From Eledone cirrhosa (lineage: Eukaryota), in assembly GCA_964016885.1 (NCBI GenBank), contig OZ024741.1, positions 358,174,001 through 358,238,000 on the forward strand: a stretch of DNA of 64,000 nucleotides, in the 5' to 3' direction. This document shows positions 1 through 13,509 of this stretch, one piece after another (the stretch's first letter is position 1; every line of letters starts with the position of its first letter). Below the pieces are notes generated by a model. That model was not told the origin of the DNA and did not search any database. It was given only the letters and a program-made list of their open reading frames with translations. A program made the position numbers and the translations under genes.

Positions 1-3000
1 CTCACCCAACAGGTGCTCCCTGGCTCAGCAGCAGGGACCTGGCTGTCAACCAAATACTGCTGGTGTCGGAGGAAGAAGAAGAAGGAAAGGGACCAGAACC
101 AACTGGACGAAAGAATTGAATAGAACTGTTATGCAATGTTACCTGAAGAGTAACCCCAAGGAGAAAGGCTATAGGAAAAGGATGCATAACATCTGGAACG
201 AGATTGGTCCATTTAAATTAGATAAACAAAAACTGGCCGGGCAGGCTCGGGTAATAAGAACTAATGGGTGGATAAGCGAGCTGGAACTGGAGGAACTGGG
301 CAGAGAGATTAGCTTGGAGATGGAGGGTGGAGTATGCCAGGCAAACGAGCCAGTGGGAAATGAAGGTGAAGAGATCGAGAGAACGGAGGAACCACCCGAA
401 ACAGACAATGATCTGAATGCTGAGATAAATAATACCTGGGACAGAGATACGGCCATTGAGAAGATGAATTCTGACGGGCTACGACAAGATTTGGTAGATA
501 TCCTAAACTTAGTGGTAAATGAATTGAACAATGATAGTGGGAGGCATATGAACCTAAGATTTGTAGACAGGAAAAAGTTAAAAGAAACAACAGCTAAGGT
601 AAACAAAGTCATCCCATACCTTGAGGCGAGGAGCCTTCACCAGTGCAACAATATCCTCAAAGCAACAGCAAATACGATGAGGAAACTACTTGGTATAAAA
701 GCGAGAGGAAACAACAGACAAGAAAGAGCAGAGCCTTGGTGGAAGAAACGACTGAATGGTCAAATCAGGGAAATGAGAAATGACATTGGAAAGCTTGAGT
801 CCCTACTGAATGGGACACTTAAAAACATAAACACTAAAAATAGACTGGAAATAAAGTACAAAACTAGGAGGAAAAAGCTAAATATTATCATAGAGGAACT
901 GAAGCAACGCATTGTAGCAAAAAGTGCAAAAATCAGGCGATACGAGAACAGAGTCAGCCAGTATAGACAGAACCGCATGTTCGACAACAACCAGAAGATG
1001 CTGTTTGGACAGCTTGAAGGGAAAGAAAGAGGCAACGACTTGATCCCTGAGGCGGAACAAACTAAAACATTCTGGAGAGGAATATGGGAGCAGGGTTTTG
1101 AACATAATGACCAGGCAGTGTTGATTGAGACAGTACAGAAGGAGATCAGTGAACAGGCACGCCAACAAACTGATTTGATTATCACAGTTGAAACTCTTAA
1201 GGGGCAGGCCAAAATACTAACCAACTGAAAATCACCTGGCCCAGATGATGTGCAGGGGTATTGGATTAAAAACATAACATCCCTCCACCCGAAACTGACA
1301 ACCATGTTCAATGACTGCTTGATGTCAGGTGAGGTACCAGAGTGGTTGACAAAAGGTACCACAGTTCTGATAATGAAAGACCGAATCAAGGGTAATGATG
1401 TTACCAACTATAGACCTATCACATGTCTGTCCGTAATGTGGAAACTGTTGACAAGCATTATGTCTGAGGAAATCTACCATCACCTCCACACAAACAACTT
1501 GTTACCGGACGAACAGAAAGGATGCCGAAAGAAGTCACGTGGTACAAAGAACCAATTACTTATTGATAAGATGGTAATGAGGAATTGCAAGAGGAGACAC
1601 ACTGGTCTTGCCATGGGATCGATAGACTACAAAAAGGCATTTGACATGGTGCCTCATTCTTGGATCACCAAAAGCCTGGAGATCTTCACGGTGGCAGATA
1701 ACATCAGGCAGTTGTTGGGCAAAAGTATGAAGTCCTGGGAAACAGAGTTAACATCAACTGGAGAATCCTTGGGAAGCGTGAAGATCAAGAGAGGTATATT
1801 CCAGGGAGATAGTCTGTCCCCTCTGTTGTTTGTCCTTGCCCTGATGCCCCTGACCATTATACTGCGAAAAGTGAGAGCAGGATACAAGTTGGGAAAGGGA
1901 GAGCTTACCATCAATCACCTCGTCTTCATGGACGATCTTAAGCTCTCGAGGAAGAGTGAAAAGGAGTTGGATGTGCTTGTTGACACTGTCCGTATTTTCA
2001 GCAATGATATATGTATGCAATTTGGTATTAGTAAGTGTGGAGTCCTTGTGATGAAGAGGGGTAAATTGAGCAGAAGTAACGGAATCCAGATACCAACAGG
2101 TGAGATGATAAAAGAAATTGACTATGAAGAAGGATACAAGTATTTGGGCGTTCTGGAGGCTGATGACATCAAGAACAAAAAAATGAAGGAATTGATAAGA
2201 ACTGAATACCTTCGGAGAGTAAGGAGCGTATTAAAGTCACATCTGAACAGTAGGAATGCCATAAGTGCAGTAAATTCCCGAGCTGTGTCTATTATTAGGT
2301 ACAGTGCGGGAATTCTGAGATGGAATGTTGCTGAACAAAAAGAAATGGATAGGAAGACTAGGAAGCTATTGACTATCTACAACATGTTCCACAAGAGGAG
2401 TGATGTCGATAGACTCTACTTAATGAGATCTGAAGGTGGAAGAGGTCTTATCAGCATAGAGGACTGTGTTCAGATGGAGAAAAATAACCTACATAAATAC
2501 GTGACTGATAGTAAGGAGCCAATGCTCAGAATTGTACTGAAGGAGAGGACAATAGACCAGGGGATTTCTAAGGAGGAAATAACAAGGTGAAAGAGCAGCC
2601 TTCATGAAAAATCCCTTCATAGTACCTTCTTTGAGAAAACTGAATTCAGAGATCCACGGACATGGAACTGGTTGAAAAGAGGAGACTTTAAAAAGGCTAC
2701 AGAAGGAATGTTAATGGCTGCGCAAGGGCAGGCCCTCAAAACGAAGTGGTTGAAACACCATATTTACAAGGAGGAGGCTAGCCCACTGTGCAGGATCTGT
2801 GGAGAGAGAGAGGAGGCTGTGGCTCACATTGTATCCGAGTGTAAACACCTACCCCAGACTCACTATAATGGCTGGATACATGATGTGATGGGCAGGGTGA
2901 TCCACTGGCACCTATGCAAAGTAAACAATTTACGACATTCTGAGAAGTGGTATGAGCATAAGCCAGAGTCGGTGATAGAAAACGATCAGGTGAAGGTGCT

Positions 3001-3450
3001 GTGGGATTTTAGGATACAGACGGCCAAGAAACTGGAACACAATAGACCTGACCTGGTGGTTTTGGACAAGAAAAAAGATCGTGCCTGATTGTGGATGTGA
3101 CCTGCCCATTCGACACGAGAGTGCAAGAGAAGGAGAGGGAGAAAATTAACCGATACCAGGACTTAAAGTGGGAGGTAAAAAGGATTTGGAACTGCCATGA
3201 AGTCAAAGTGGTCCCGATTGTCATAGGCGCACTAGGTACTATCTCAAAAAGTTTCCAGGGATGGTTAAAAAAAATTGGCCCCGCTCCGCTTTTTAGAACG
3301 CTTCAAAAGGTATGCTTGCTGGGAACAGCAAGAACCCTCCGATACGTCCTGAATATCTGAGGCTGCAGGTAGTGGCTTGATATTCATTTCAACAAACTTT
3401 CCAGTTAACTAACATCAATGACTGAGACTCACAGAACAATAATAATAATT
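1..3450 (+). mobile_element. R4/Dong-like non-LTR retrotransposon (RT + CCHC + restriction-like endonuclease), degenerate, 5' end outside window
   Basis: In-frame ORF pieces 116-1228, 1250-2590, 2672-3088 and 3091-3360 are separated by stops. RT motifs NYRPITCL, DYKKAFD, GIFQGDSLSPLLF, FMDDLK; zinc knuckle CRICGE..E...HIVSEC; RLE motif RPDLVV..DVTCP..EKINRY; (AAT)n tail at ~3437-3450. Confidence 0.9.
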
Positions 3451-3458
3451 ATTATTAT

Positions 3459-3643
3459 TGGCAGTATCGGTAGAGGGTCGGACGCCATGATTTCCAGCAT
3501 AATTACGTCCCTTTACGATCTGAGTTCAAATCCCGCCGAGGTTGACTTTGCCTTTTATACTTACGGGGTCGATAGAATAAAGTACCAGTAATGCACTTGT
3601 TAATTGCTGGCCTTGTGCCTAAAGTAGAAACAATTATTATTAT
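3459..3643 (+). mobile_element. tRNA-derived SINE (family S1)
   Basis: A-box-like TGGCAGTATCGG and B-box GAGTTCAAATCC, conserved body ...ACTTTGCCTTT..., ATT tail; >10 similar copies in window. Confidence 0.85.
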
Positions 3644-3706
3644 TTCTACTTTTTCCACAAGGCCAGCAATTACTCAGTACATTACTGGTACTTTATTTTC
3701 ATAATA

Positions 3707-3740
3707 ACTAGCAGAATGGCCCGGCGTTGCTCGGGATTCT
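3707..3740 (-). mobile_element. Helitron-like 3' terminus (GC hairpin + CTAG)
   Basis: Minus strand CCCGAGCAACGCCGGG...CTGCTAG; same terminus on + at ~6677-6699 and ~14537-14565. Confidence 0.55.
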
Positions 3741-3956
3741 AAACATAGATCAGCATGTTTATCCCCCCTTTCTGAAAAAGTACAGAGAAGTACGGAATAC
3801 CTCGGCCTCGGGATGGTGCCTACATTTTGTGCCAATAAAATATATTCGTCGTAGATTACCAGGGTTTTTTTTCCGTGCGAAGAAATCAATACTTTATCAC
3901 GAAATAAATACTTTTGTTTATATTTTGTTATTGTGTATGCAAAAATATCTGTACAC

Positions 3957-4007
<51 letters not shown>

Positions 4008-4016
<9 letters not shown>

Positions 4017-4123
4017 CAGATTAAAGTTTAAGCAAAGAATCGCTGCTTTCACCCTTAACGGGATCTTCTGAAACTCAAAAAACCAATCTGTGAACGCAGA
4101 AGTAAATATTTCGAAAACGTTAC
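4008..4123 (-). repeat. Family A Penelope pseudo-LTR fragment with CAGAAGA-core hammerhead
   Basis: Matches 10452-10570, 13300-13420, 13555-13670 and 53370-53490; abuts (TA)n. Confidence 0.7.
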
Positions 4124-4988
4124 ACACACTATATATATATATATATATATACACTATATATATACATATACACACACACACACATATAACGTCATAATGT
4201 CGTAATGCAGAAAGCCAGACATACAGACAGATATTTTAAGGGCGTAACGTTATATTTATGTATCTATCTAAAAAGAAAGACTAAGAATTATAGAGAGAGA
4301 TCGCTAAATCGCCTAATCTGGTCCCTAGGGCATTGGAAATTTGAAATATTTTCTGCTCAAAACACTTACAGGAGTAGATATAATGTGTATTTTCTGAGTG
4401 TGTGTATATATATATTTATGTGTATTTTTGCGTATATGTACGTGCTATATGATAGGTAATTTCTCTAGCAATATATATATTTCGTAATGTTTAAATTCCA
4501 ATTTTTAATATATTGATCTCAATTTTTAAACCAAATATCTAATCATAGTTAAACAATGATTAATTTCTCATATTATATATGTATATTCCATTCATGAATA
4601 TTAATATTTCTAATTTTATTTATTCATTTCATCTATAATTGTTAACTTAACTTAATATGACATGACTTAAGGTTTTCGTTCTCTCCCCCTCTCTCTATCT
4701 CTATATTTCTCTCTCTTGATTTTTTCTCTCTGTCTGGTGGTTTGATATCTCTCTCTTGTTTTTCTCTGTTTTCTTTTTTCTTTTTTCTTTCTTCTTTTTC
4801 TTTATTTATCTCTCCCTTTCTTTCTCCGCTTTTCTCTCTCTCGGTTTTTCTCTCTCTCCGTTTTCCTTCTCCTTAACACAACGACTTACTAAAATAAATA
4901 AATCCACTATCCATGATGTCTTCCAAAAGTAACGGTTGTATTTTGAAAGGGTACGTCAATGTTTATTTATAAAACTGGTATATATTGT

Positions 4989-5051
4989 ATTTTGTCTGAT
5001 GAAAGCATACCATAATTTAACATGGTATCCTTGAAATATGTATAATAAAAT
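4989..5051 (+). ncRNA. Type I hammerhead ribozyme motif
   Basis: ATTTTGT-CTGATGA-stem II (ATACCAT..ATGGTAT)-GAAAT-ATGT-ATA-ATAAAAT; stem I ATTTTGT/ATAAAAT pairs. Confidence 0.75.
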
Positions 5052-5181
5052 AGATATGGTTTTATAAATATAGTTTCCATTTGTTAATATCGTATATTTA
5101 CTCCAAATACTTGTCGAGTGCTTTATATCAGTTATAAAAATATTTGCTTGTTGTATCCCAACAATTTAAATAGAACTTTTG

Positions 5182-5212
<31 letters not shown>

Positions 5213-5437
5213 AATGTAATCTGAGTTTTTCGAATATTAATAATAATATTCGATTCGTTTGCAATTATGCAAACAGCCTTATTTTTAAAGCCATGTCAGT
5301 AGAATGAGCCCCCCATTCTTGCTCTTCTGTTGGTATGTAAACAGAACTGCAGACACTAATGTTTCTGGGTATTATCCTTCATCAGTACAGTTCACTGTTC
5401 ACCTGCCAACTGTCAGAGCTAGTGAAAATATATGATG

Positions 5438-5489
5438 TCTATATATATAAAACAGAGGATGTCTGTCTGTGTGTGTGTGTGTGTGTCTG

Positions 5490-5532
<43 letters not shown>

Positions 5533-6699
5533 GTAAATCCTTAAAACTCGAGAAGTACCCGACCGATGTTTTTCAAACTTTACACATGCGTTACTTATAT
5601 TTCTTGAAGTGCAATGGGCTAAACTAATTTTAAGTTTTTCTGCCCTGGGGCCTGCATTAGGCGAAAAACCGCATTTTAAAGGCATTTTAAGACTTTTTTT
5701 AGGCGTAACTTAAAGATAATCCAGCCGATTTGTTCGAAATTTGCAGCACACATTAGTTAGTCCCCTCGCATTGCTGTGGACAAAAGAAATTCCGATTCCA
5801 TTAATGGTTTCCAGGAAATTTACGAATTACCATTGGGAATTTCATGCCATTTTCATTTTCAATATAAACGCTACTTAAACATCGTAAGTAGCGTATAATA
5901 TTTCGTTAACAGTTTGGTTTATTTAACAGAAGACACAACACTTACTTACTTTTAAGCAGGACCATTTTCGGGGTATTGAGGAAATGAGGAGGACCTTAAT
6001 ACTTTTGTCGGCGCCCTGTTGACGCTTCGTGCTTTCATCTCGCCCAAATCCGGGCCCTGTGGACATTGCCGTGTTATCGAGACTGTAAAACTCAAGTCTG
6101 TGCTACTTTTACTAAGACCCCTTTTGTTGCACCTACACGACAGTATGAACGCCCTGCGAAAGTACGCCGAACAGCAGTTGTACTAATTTCGCGGTGACCT
6201 CCATTTGAAATTGTTGATGGTGACTCCAATAGTAATTCCGAAGCGTTCGGCATCCGATATAACAGTTCGGTCTATATCAGATTGGGTAGATTTACGAAGA
6301 GGCTATGGTCTCCTGTGGGGAAGGCCCAACATGATGTGCGGTTGCATGACATGTCTTACTCAAGCATTGCAGGCTTTACTCTGTACAGTATGCATGCAGG
6401 TGCAATAGACATAACTGATGATGTCTGTCCAGATGACTGGGTGCGAATCTATAAAACTCGAAAAGTACCTAACCGATTTTCTCCAAATGGAAGAAAAATC
6501 ATACTCTAAGCTTTAGTACGCTTAAAGAGTATCCAGCTGATTTTCTAAAGATTTTGCACATGCATACAGATGTTTCACGATTCGAGCCTGCTGAGAATAA
6601 GGGAATTCAAAAAGTACACAGCTATATTCCTCAATTTTTGCATATGCGTGTTGCTATTTCACGTTTCCTACCCCATGCAACGCCGGGTCCTGCTGCTAG
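5438..6699 (+). mobile_element. Non-autonomous Helitron-like element
   Basis: 5' TCTATATATATAAAACAG.. followed by a (GTCT)n tract; 3' GCAACGCCGGG hairpin then CTAG. Confidence 0.6.
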
Positions 6700-6845
6700 T
6701 ATTTTCTAACATATACAGTGACTGATTGGCCTGATTTGCATATTAGCAGACTGGTTGATCAGCCAGATCTGCATATTAGCAGATCCACTCCACTGATCAG
6801 CCAGATTTGCATTTATATATATATATCCAGGGAGTGTAACTCGGA

Positions 6846-6898
<53 letters not shown>

Positions 6899-6907
<9 letters not shown>

Positions 6908-7752
6908 GAAGATGTCTGTCTGTGTGTCTGTTTCCCTAAAACTCGAGAAGTACCCAACCGTTTTTTTTCAAACTTTACACATGTAACCCGTATGGCCCCG
7001 GAAGTGTTTTGAGAAAAATTTCAAATTATTCTGACCTAGGGATCGAATTAGTGAAGTGGCCAATGTCTGTACATAATGAGGGAGTGAGAGGGGAGAGAAA
7101 GAAACGGAGAGGTGAAGTGAAGAAGTGGCTCTCTACTCCTCCTCCTCCTTCTCCCCATTCGTCACAGCGTTTTTCGATAGAGGGGAGAAATGTGAACGAG
7201 TTACAGAGAGAAAGAGTGAGAGTGAAAGAAACAGACAGACTAAAAGAGGGGGATAGCGGGAGAGAGAGAGAGAGAGAGACTGACAGACGCCGTCTTTTGA
7301 GAGTTGACTGGAATAACTATTGCGCGTGTGTGAGTTTGTGTGTTTGTGAGTTTGCCCTTATATTATCATTGTGTATGTCTTGCTGTCTGCATTACGATAC
7401 ATAGACACACACACACACACACACACTGATCGCGTCATAATGACGTAATGCAGAAAGCCAGACATACAGACAGATATTATAAGGGCGCAACGTTATATCT
7501 ATGTATCTATCTAAAACGAAAGACTAAGAATTATAGAGAGAGATCGCTAAATCGCCTAATCTGGTCCCTAAGGCTTGAAAATTTGAAATATATTTTGCTC
7601 AAAAGACTCACAGGACTATAAGTATTACATGTGTAAAGTTTGAAAACAATCGGTTGGGTGGTTCTCACGTTTTAGCGAGCTGACAGACAGACATTCTCTG
7701 TTTTAGATATATAGACTAGCAGAAAACCACCCGGTGGGCGGTTTTCTGCTAG
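6899..7752. mobile_element. Helitron-like pieces with two facing 5' ends and a terminal hairpin
   Basis: 6899-7040 resembles the 5438 5' end and 7560-7715 is its diverged reverse complement; CTAGCAGAAAACC..GGTTTTCTGCTAG hairpin at 7716-7752; internal parts recur at 4190-4375 and 8627-8840. Confidence 0.5.
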
Positions 7753-8245
7753 CAAATCTAGTGTATATACTGATATTGTTGAGATTTGGATGAGAAATGT
7801 TTTCGGCACCACATGTTCACCGTCTCTCGGTGTGTCTTTTATGCATGTATAAATATATATGTTATCTATACGGTTAAATCTTTGAAATAAATATATGTTA
7901 AAACGAAAAAGGAGAAAAAGAGATTAGTGACGGAAATATAAACGTTATGATACATAAACGTTATGATATAACGATGGAAATATATCTTCAAATGGTCCTT
8001 AGCATGGTGTCAAGTCAGAACCGCCTCGAACTGGTTACTTCTGGCTTGTGCAAGGTGTCTCTATAGCAACCAGCGATTCCCTCGGCTTCAGTGACCAAAG
8101 CCAGTGCAGAGGGGAAGGTAATGTTTCTATAGCGACAGTGTTTCTCTTGGTAGTACCAAAGTGGAGAAAGGAAGAAGGTAATATTTCTGTAGCACCTACA
8201 TTTGAGTTTTAGGGAAGGACAAACAGAGAAATGCCCATATATTTC

Positions 8246-8288
<43 letters not shown>

Positions 8289-8437
8289 CACACACAGAAA
8301 TGTATATATATTTCTTAGAACAAAATTATTATTAATGTTTTGCTGTTCATAACAATTGGAATTGAAAAATTACTTTTGAAATTATTAGTTATTTTACTAA
8401 TGCTTAGATATGTAAAAATGAAGCAATGTTTCTAATA

Positions 8438-8625
8438 ATTGTTTCTACTTTTGGCACAAGGCCAGCAATTACCCAGTACATTACTGGTACTTTATTTTAT
8501 CGACCCCGTGAGGATGAAAGGCAAAGTTAACCTCGGCGGTATTTGAACTCAGACCGTAAAGGGACGTAACTCCATGCTATGAAGCATGGTGTCCGACTCT
8601 CTACAGATTCTGCCAATCCACCGCC
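8438..8625 (-). mobile_element. tRNA-derived SINE (S1)
   Basis: Reverse complement of the 3459 SINE. Confidence 0.85.
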
Positions 8626-8991
8626 CTAATGTCTGTACGTAATGAGGGAGTGAGAGGGGAGAGAAAGAAAGGCAGAGGTGAAGTGACGAAGTGACTCTCT
8701 CCTCCTCCTCCTCCTCCTCCATCTCCCCATTCGTCACACTGATAGAGGGGAGGAATGTTAGTGTGTTACAAAGAGAAAGAGTGAGAGTGAGAGAAACAGA
8801 CAGACTAAAAGAGAGGGATATCTGGAGAGAGAGAGAGATAGCAACCACGCGCGCACGTGTTTCCACTGTCGGACAGACAGACAGAGAAATTGCTGGTTAT
8901 ATATTATAAGGAGATATATATATAATTATATTTTCGTGTACAGATATTTTTGCATACACAATAAGGATAAATATATATCAAATATATAAGT

Positions 8992-9472
8992 ACAGCCGTA
9001 CTAAGAGTGAGAAATGAAATTTCGTTTCATTTTTTCCGTTTATCGTTTTCGGTACCCCGGCCGATTAACTCAATCGATATGCAAATTAGGCTGCTGAGCC
9101 GTTAATATGCATAAAGAAAGTATATACGTTCAGACGTTCAACCATCTGGCAGGAAGATATACGTTGCTGACGATAGCTAATAAGCTTGAAACTAGTACAG
9201 CGTTCCTTTGTCAGTGTTGAACAAGTGAGCAACGATGGTTGCTAGACACTGTACGGCTTAATTCGGGATGTTTGTTTACCAACACACCGAGCATTATAAT
9301 AAATGTTCGGTGAATCCATACGTACATATATATATGTGTGCATCTAAGTATATATATATACATACTGCTGTGCGTCTGTATACATGTATGTATGTACGTA
9401 TAGATACTTATATTTGAGTAACAGCCGTACTAGGAGTGAGAAATGAAATTTCGTTTCATTTTTTTCCGTTTA
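8992..9472 (+). mobile_element. Retrozyme-like non-coding unit (~429-nt period, ~50-nt terminal redundancy)
   Basis: Direct repeat ACAGCCGTACTA.GAGTGAGAAATGAAATTTCGTTTCATTTTTTCCGTTTA at 8992 and 9421; internal hammerhead; ends in (TA)n. Confidence 0.65.
9161..9203 (+). ncRNA. Minimal type I hammerhead ribozyme
   Basis: ACGTTG-CTGACGA-T-AGCT-AATA-AGCT-T-GAAAC-TA-GTA-CAGCGT: 6-bp stem I, 4-bp stem II, palindromic ACTAGT stem III, GUA cleavage triplet. Confidence 0.9.
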
Positions 9473-9489
9473 TATATATATATATATAC

Positions 9490-10357
9490 AGCTACATTGT
9501 AGGTCCCTTTAACCCGTCTTTTATTATTCAAAAAACTTCTTACCAATAAACATTAACCAGCAGCCCTAGTAGCAACACCCCACCAGGGTGCTCTTGCCAT
9601 AAGCCTGAATCTTGCCCCGTTCAACAGCAATGCAACACACCAGCTGTAATCTATGAAGCCGTGGTCACTTCCAACCAACCAAACGAATCACAGGAGGTCA
9701 AATCCTATGTGGGCATGGCGGAGGGCCGATTCAAGGAGCGTTTCCTGAACCACCAGTCTACCTTCAGATGCCCGGACAGACGTTAATCCACGAGACTCGC
9801 GAGCCACGTATGGTCCCTCAAGGACTCAAGTATAGGCTACTCCATTCAATGGAAAGCCATCACTAAGTCCAAGCCATACGCAAGGGGAAATCCGACGTGT
9901 GGCTTATGTATTGACGAACGAATAACTATTCTAAAGAGATTACGCAATAGTGATTGCCTAAACACGAGAAACGATTTTTTCACACGTTGTCCACACGTCA
10001 CCAAACATCTATTGCATAACTACAAGGCTCCGGACTGATTCTTTGTAATTTTATTTTTAATTTTATTTTAATTTTATTTTCAACCTAAAAACTTTCCGGA
10101 CTTTCGCAGCTATCTCTCTTACACCACTCGCACTCAGTCTAGTATTGCCTGTGTGACGTGACCGAGTTTCTGCACATGCGCGTTCGTACGGTTGTCCTTC
10201 CTGTTCCTATAACCATACATATCCCGAGCTGAAGATCCGCTAAGGTGAAACAATTGTTCTCAGTATGGTGAACTAATTGTTGTGTAACCACGTCTACCTA
10301 ACTCGTCCCTTGGACTGAGTGCTCTACTACTACGGATATTACCTTCCAGTGTTCCAC

Positions 10358-10360
<3 letters not shown>
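9490..10360 (+). mobile_element. Penelope-like element 3' fragment (GIY-YIG endonuclease remnant + pseudo-LTR)
   Basis: Translates to ..AVIYEAVV..VKSYVGMAEGRFKERFLNHQSTFR..LASHVWSLKD..CGLC.. with an internal stop; 3' UTR hammerhead; bounded by (TA)n on both sides. Confidence 0.85.
10213..10268 (+). ncRNA. Type I hammerhead ribozyme in Penelope pseudo-LTR
   Basis: GAG-CTGAAGA-TCCGCTAAGGT-GAAAC-AATT-GTT-CTC with extended stem CCATAC/GTATGG; palindromic AACAATTGTT stem III. Confidence 0.85.
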
Positions 10361-10455
<95 letters not shown>

Positions 10456-11572
10456 AAAAAACAGATTAAAGTTTAAGCAAAGAATCGCTGCTTTAACCCT
10501 TAACGGGATCTTCTGAAACTAACAAAGTCAATCTGTGAACGCAGAAGTGAATATTTCAAAAAATGTTGCAACCGGAGGAAGACAGGAAGACGATACTTTG
10601 GTTCGTGGAAACGTTCCCTGGCAAAGAACGGGAAAAAACGAATATAACACGTCATTATTTGGAGCGGTGAAAAACAATTACACGCAAAGACAAAACCACG
10701 TTTATGGTATAAAAGAAGTCGTAGACTAATATTTTATTAGGTGGTTCATAGAGACGTTCTCTGGCAATGAACGAAAAAAAACGAAGATAATACGTCATAT
10801 GTGGATCGGGGAGAACAATTGCACGCAAAGACAAAACCACGTAAATTGTATAACTGAAGTCGTAGACTAAAATTCTAACTAGGAAACCGAATGATTCTCG
10901 TCTTCAGAGTTAAGAACAAAGTAAATAAAATACAGAGGTAAATGAAATTAAATAAATACATACATGCATCAATATACCTACATACACAAGAATACGCGAA
11001 AACACTCGCCATAGGTATACAAATACACGCACGTACACAACCCCCCTCCCCCCAAAAAAACCGCACGCACATACAGAACCCACGCAACGCCTGTACCTGC
11101 ACGCATACGAATGTATACACCAAATACACATAAAAATATATATAAAAAAAATGTATATATATATATATATATGTGTGTGTGCATGTATACATATAATTAA
11201 ATAAACGTATATAAATAAATAAATACGTATATAACAAGCGCACACACATACCTACATGTAAATACACTTATGTTCGGAGACGTACGTCAACCAAAACACG
11301 AAGTACACATATACACACACCCTACATACGTACGAACCCGCATACTCACACAGACGCAAAACTCACGTATACACATAACCAAAAGCATATGTACCAGAAA
11401 AAATAATATATACGCCATAACATATACAATCAAATATACGTACGAGAAAGTATACGTACCTTCACAAAACATACAGGTAATAAATACTTACCTATGCAAA
11501 TAAGTAATGGTATAAACATAACATATACTTAGCTACCACATCAAGACGTAAAATATCCGCGTATAGTTCGTA

Positions 11573-12398
11573 CTATCCGTTAGGGTATAATGTGGGACTG
11601 TAATACAGGAAAGTTTTGTGCAATTTATGTTTACAAGCCGAAATTGCCTCAGATTTTTTGTTTAAGATGTGGTCTTTGGCGTAGAGTATTTCCAGGGCCT
11701 CAGCGGCGCAGAGGTGACATGGTCTTTTATTTCCGTTATACGATCTAGCCGTAACTAGGATCTCCCAGTGTAACTTATATTGGGTGTGGTTGTCTTTTAG
11801 ACTCCAGATATAAGCTGAAAGTGACGTCATATTCCTTCTTAAAGGGTAACGAAAAGAATGGGTATGCATATAAAGACGCTGCTTGAATCTATTGGCGGTT
11901 AACCCTATGTAGGCCCTACGGGACGTGGGTGTTTCAACCTTACATTTGTAGACAATGTTACTAGAGAGGCATTTCCCAGATAGGGGGCAGCCAACCCGAT
12001 TCCTACAATTACAGTTAGTACTAACTACAGGGTTGCACGTGTTCCTACGGCTAGGTAGTTTAGCTAAATTTGAAGCTGTGATGTTATGTGCAAAGTTAGG
12101 TGTCGTAGAGTAAGAAATTTTAATAGTATTTCTATTAAAAATTTTACTATATTTATGTGTAGGGGGAAAAGGCTTCATAATAAGGGAGAGAAAGATCTTA
12201 GCTAATGGTGTGGCCACCTCCATATTATATGGTGGGTTATACCATATAATGCGTCGGGATCTATTTCTTTTAGGTCTGTTCTCGTACTCTGTATATGCTA
12301 CCTTATCGACAAATCCACTCCGAGCAAGAGCTTCATTGTAATATGTGGAATGGTCGTTGAAAATATACTCGTTAGTAGATAGACGGGAAAGCCTCTAG
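11573..12398 (-). pseudogene. Penelope RT C-terminus/linker + GIY-YIG endonuclease
   Basis: KIFNRNTIKISYS, CNCR..CPLSGKC, NIVYKC..AYIGLT..FKQR, CHLC..E, LNKKSE..CKH. Confidence 0.88.
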
Positions 12399-13350
12399 AT
12401 GTGGTAGCTCAGTATATGTTATGTTTATACCATTACTTATTTGTATAGGTAAGTATTTATTACCTGTATGTTTTGTGAAGGTACGTATACTTTCTCGTAC
12501 GTATATTTGATTGTATATGTTATGGCGTATATATTATTTTTTCTGGTACATATGCTTTTGGTTATGTGTATACGTGAGTTTTGCGTCTGTGTGAGTATGC
12601 GGGTTCGTACGTATGTAGGGTGTGTGTATATGTGTACTTCGTGTTTTGGTTGACGTACGTCTCCGAACATAAGTGTATTTACATGTAGGTATGTGTGTGC
12701 GCTCGTTATATACGTATTTATTTATTTATATACGTTTATTTAATTATATGTATACACGCACACACTCACATATATATATACATATTTTTTAAATATATAT
12801 TTTTATGTGTATTTGGTGTATACATTCGTATGCGTGCGGATACAGACGTTGCGTGGTTTCTGTATGTGCGTGCGGTTTTTTTTTGGTTTTTTTTTGGTGT
12901 ACGTGCGTGTATTTGTATACCTATGGCGAGTGTTTTCGCGTATGCTTGTGTATGTACGTATATGGATACGTGTATGTATTTATTTAATTTCATTTACCTC
13001 TGTATTTTATTTACTTTATTCTTAACTCTGAAGCCGAGAATCATTCGGTTTCCTAGTTAGAATTTTAGTCTACGACTTCAGTTATACCATTTACGTGGTT
13101 TTGTCTTTGCGTGCAATTGTTCTCCCCGCTCCACATATGACGTATTATCTTCGTTTTTTTCGTTCATTGCCAGAGAACGTCTCTATGAACCACGTAATAG
13201 AATATTAGTCTACGATTTCTTTTCTACCATAAACGTGGTTTTGTCTTTGCCAGGGAACATTTCCACGAACCAAAGTATAGTCTTCCTGTCTTCCTCCGGT
13301 TGCAACGTTTTTTGAAATATTTACTTCTGCGTTCACAGATTGACTTTGTT

Positions 13351-13402
13351 AATTTCAGAAGATCCCGTAAAGGGTGAAAGCAGCGATTCTTTGCTTAAAC
13401 TT
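13351..13402 (+). ncRNA. Hammerhead variant with CAGAAGA core (family A)
   Basis: TTT-CAGAAGA-TCCCGTAAAGGGT-GAAAGCA..TGCTT-AAA; other copies at 53421-53472 (+), 10467-10520 (-) and 4023-4075 (-). Confidence 0.65.
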
Positions 13403-13509
13403 TAATTTGTTATTTTAATAAATCTTTGCCCTACGGTTCTTATATATTTGATATATATTTATCCTTATCGAGCCCTCTTTTGGATTTTAGTCTTCAAATT
13501 TATTATTAT

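Noticed and set aside
5975-6350. Faint Helitron-helicase-like words when the complement is read without reversal
   Set aside because: Biologically implausible orientation and many stops; most likely chance.
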